A stretch of DNA of 64,000 nucleotides from the human T2T-CHM13v2.0 reference genome, Homo sapiens, in NCBI RefSeq assembly GCF_009914755.1, contig NC_060933.1; one strand, written 5' to 3'. Within the stretch, counting starts at the first letter, position 1, and every line of letters starts with the position of its first letter. Below the pieces are notes generated by a model. It was not told the origin of the DNA, did no database searches, and worked only from the letters and a program-made list of their open reading frames with translations. Below, one piece after another: positions 60,601 through 64,000 of this stretch. A program made the position numbers and the translations under genes.

Positions 60601-61609
60601 GTACGGGTTGCTCTTGAAGGCAGAAATCTGCTCTCTTCCAATTTCTCTGGCTTTCATCCTTAAAGCTTGTCCATAATTTCAGGCTGGTTGAAATGGATGC
60701 CATGTTACTGGGATCTACACTGCACCACTTAAAAAATATTCTCCTTTCACTTGGCCTAAACAATGTGTATCTCCTTTTTACCTCTTCCTGTTGCAGAGAT
60801 AAAATGCTCAGCAAGGAGTTAATGGTTTTACAGTGATGCAGCTGGCAGCAGTAGATCACAGAGCTCAGTACAGGAATCCAATTATTTCCTTTGTCTAAGA
60901 TGAAAACCTATACTTCAGGGGTGGGGGAAGGGCCTGTGCTGTAGGGTTGCTTGATTTAAGATTTTGTTCTAGAAAGAAGGATGGTTCTCTGATGCAGCTC
61001 AGCTCCTGGGTCACAGAAGCTTGCCTTTCTCCTGCTTGATGTTAGCCACCTGAACACACTTGGGATCCAGGAAATAGGAAAAAATAAACTCCTTTTTCTA
61101 GGTTTCTGACTACTTTAGAGCTTAGAATGTGCAACTAAACTAGCCTTAAATATCATAGGCTAATGATGATGGTGACTCCAGAAACTTACTATTAATGTAG
61201 AGGACATTTTGGCAGCAATTTGTAAGGAGAAGATGCTTCTGAGGTCTCGGAGAGCAGATGTAGAAAGAAATCTGCAAATGCATAGACAGATAGGATAGAT
61301 AGATAGCTAGAAACTCCTCTCTCTGGGGCTTTCTGTTGACTTAAGAGTAGGCAGACACATTTCCAATTCCAAATCAAAGAAAATGCTTGGGTCTCATTTA
61401 AAAAAAAAGTAATCATTGCAAGATTCACAAAGAATAGAAACAGGTAGATAGTTTCACAGTCATTGGAAACTACATTCATCTTGTCCCAACAATATCATGG
61501 AAAGGTACAATTAAATCATTCTCATAAAACAGCAAAAGGCCCAGAAAGGTGAGAGACTTATGAAGGGTACAAAATAATTAGAATCAAAGCTAGGACTAAA
61601 AGCCTTGCA

Positions 61610-61820
61610 GGGTGGGATAGGACAAGAATGTGGACCTTGAAGTCCAATAGATCTGGATTTGAATTATTGTTCTTCAGCATAGCAGGTCTGTGATGGTGGG
61701 TAAGGGAAATCCACTTATTTGAGCTTTTATTCTTTCATGAAAATGGGAAAATAATGCTTACCTGATGAGTTGTTAAGAGGATTAGTGATAATGTACATAA
61801 ATGTGTTTTTCCCATAGTAA
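61610..61820 (+). mobile_element. MIR
   Basis: AGATCTGGATTTGAATT...AAAATGGGAAAATAATGCTTACC...GTTGTTAAGAGGATTA. Confidence 0.65.
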
Positions 61821-63182
61821 TTCTGCAGAGTAGATGAAAGTGAACAGTGGGCACTACGATGGAAAGGAAGTCAGATTCAGATTATGAAGGAACTAGAATT
61901 CATCAGCTGTGCCTGGCAAGATGCTTGGTTACAAAGAGCAGAGATGGGCTTTGACCAATAGTGATATGGCATGGCCAAGCCTACTTCAGCATTCTATAGG
62001 CTCAAATGCTCATTTCTTCTCCACATCCTCTCCCCACCCTTCTCCATCCTTCTCTGCCACAGGAGACTGACTTTTATGACCATGTCAACAGGCTCCCTTG
62101 CCCATTGCTTTTTGCTTGGGTTTGGCCAAGGTGAGGCACCAGCGGGAGGATGAGAAGAGAAAATGATCGAAGTGTTTTCCCCTCTGGCTGTCTCCCTGCT
62201 GGGCCAAGATGAGCTGTATCTGCTTCTCTTGGAAGGCCAGGGCTCTTTTGTGTAGCCCTTTCCTATAGCTCCAGCTATGGCTCTCTCCTTTTTAAAGTAA
62301 CCCTTCTTTCTCTTGCTCCTTCAGCTGTGGGAATGATAAAAGGCTCTCTGCTTTAACCAGTCCCAGAGGCTTCAGCACGCCTCACTGGTTTCTCTTAACT
62401 CTGTGCACACCTTTGTAAATAGTCCCTCATGAAACTCTCCTCAATAACCTTGCATGTAGTATCTATTTGCTGCAGAGACTCTTCCGTTTAGAGCTGAATA
62501 TTATTGTCCCTATTTTATAGATGAGAAAACCAGCCCAACAGCATGTTGAAATACTCTCGTAACTCTGGGCTTGAACTCAGATTGCAGATGCCCATCATAA
62601 AACTCAGGCTCTCTCTATGAACTGTGTCTACCCCACTGCCTTCATGTTAAAAAGAGCCCATGGCCTTCAGCTGAAGTATTACACTCTGGCCTTTCACACA
62701 CTCGCGCATGTGTGGGGACATGCTTTTGGAGGAGTGCCCCCTTCTTTCTATGAAGAGTCGATCCAGCTCTATCCTACCTGCCAAATGGAATCTGGGTCTT
62801 TGTTTTCAATTGTTGAAGAACCTCTCCTTCTTCGGTTAAAAGAATTACTCTGAATCCCCTGTTTTTACTCAGGAATACCTCCTGAGATTTTGATATTTGT
62901 AATTCTGTTAAGCGTAACTCTTAAACGCAATTATTGGAAAACAACCTTAATAAAATCTGACCCAAGGCAAGTCCTGAAATACCAGATCATAGAGGAACCT
63001 AATTAACTACTTTTTTTCCTGCTATAGAAGCCACAAAGCACATTAGAGCTGGAAATGGCCTTAAAGATTATTCAGGCTCTCAACCTAATTTTAATAACAC
63101 AGACCCTCTTAAAATTTGAAGAAGCTATAAACCCTCTCTCAAGAAAAATGTGTATTTTGTCTTGCTTGTTATCTTTCTCTCT

Positions 63183-63310
63183 CTTTTTAAAAAATAGAGA
63201 CAGGGTCTCACTATAGTTTCCTGGGCTGTTCTTGAACTCCTGGGCTTCAGCAATTCTCCTGCCCCAGTCTCTCAAGTATCTGGGACTACAGGCACACTCC
63301 ATGGCACCCT
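63183..63310 (-). mobile_element. FLAM/Alu monomer, probably inside a small hAT-type MER remnant (~63073-63415)
   Basis: AGAGACAGGGTCTCACTAT...GAACTCCTGGGC...GGGACTACAGGC. Confidence 0.8.
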
Positions 63311-63499
63311 TTCTCTTTCTCATTCACGCATCCACATGTATACACACTCTTACCTTTTTTTGATTCATTGTCATTGTGAAGCCCACTCATGGGTTCCCAG
63401 ATTAATGACCCCTCTTTTAGGCAAATTCCTTTGGTTTGCAGATGAGGACGCTGATACCTACTCAGATAAAATGACTTACCCAGGGTTAGAGGTTCATAT

Positions 63500-63850
63500 T
63501 TTGATCAGATTGGGCTGTTATGCTGCAATAATAAACAACAATAATCTCAGTAGCTTAAAACAACATTTTTCCCCCTCATTCATGTAGTTTCCTCTGTGGC
63601 TTAGCATGGGGCTCTGCTCTTTGTCATCTATACTCGGTGATGCAGGGTGACAGACAAATGCCTTCTAGAATATCATCCGTCATCATGACAAAAGAAGAGA
63701 AAGCATTGCAAACCATGCACATGCACTGATTCTTTAAGCTTCTGCCTGAAAGTGACACATCACTGCTGGTCGTACTTCATTGGCCCAACTGAGTTCTATG
63801 GCCATGCTTACCTCTAGGGTGGCAGAGAAACAACTGGTGGAGAGCACAAG
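63500..63850 (-). mobile_element. Old MLT1 (J/K-like) MaLR LTR
   Basis: TTATGCTGCAATAATAAACAAC..ATCTCAGTAGCTTAAAACAACA; GAAAGTGACACATCACT..CATTGGCC. Confidence 0.7.
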
Positions 63851-63892
63851 TGACTGAGAAAGCTGGAAAAGCCAGAGTAGAACCAAGGCATT

Positions 63893-64000
63893 GTTTTATT
63901 TATTTATTTATTTTTGAGATGGAGTATCGCTCTGTTGCCCAGGCTTGAGTGCAATGGTGTGATCTCAGCTCAGTGCAACCTCCACTTCCTGGGTTCAAGC
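63893..64000 (-). mobile_element. Alu (cut by window end)
   Basis: TTTTTGAGATGGAG..CGCTCTGTTGCCCAGGC. Confidence 0.93.

Overview
This is 64 kb of primate (probably human or ape) non-coding DNA, judged from abundant AluJ/S/Y, L1M, L2, MIR, CR1/L3, MaLR, MER4-group LTRs and Tigger/MER transposons. I see no intact host protein-coding gene and no evidence of a new biological system. The ORF track consists of decayed retroviral or transposon frames, Alu-derived frames and chance ORFs. The main structure is an approximately full-length ancient L1M (~1520-22735, + strand) that has been stretched to ~21 kb by nested insertions. These include a complete but inactivated minus-strand HERV-IP10/LTR10-class provirus (3957-12739; two LTRs about 10% diverged, tRNA-Pro PBS, PPT, AAAAA TSD, gag-pro-pol-env) and a full-length Tigger3/Golem transposon (15070-18296). 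The most interesting sequence-level observations are: a preserved gag-pol readthrough pseudoknot, a 69-bp-arm de novo hairpin inside Tigger3, a CCA-tailed tRNA-Glu copy at the edge of an ERV internal region, an ERVPb1-like Env with a PPPY tail motif, and a CpG-retaining CTCF/E-box candidate regulatory element near 50.3-50.9 kb. Repeat family names come from recalled consensus sequences, not from a search, and boundaries of old repeats are approximate.
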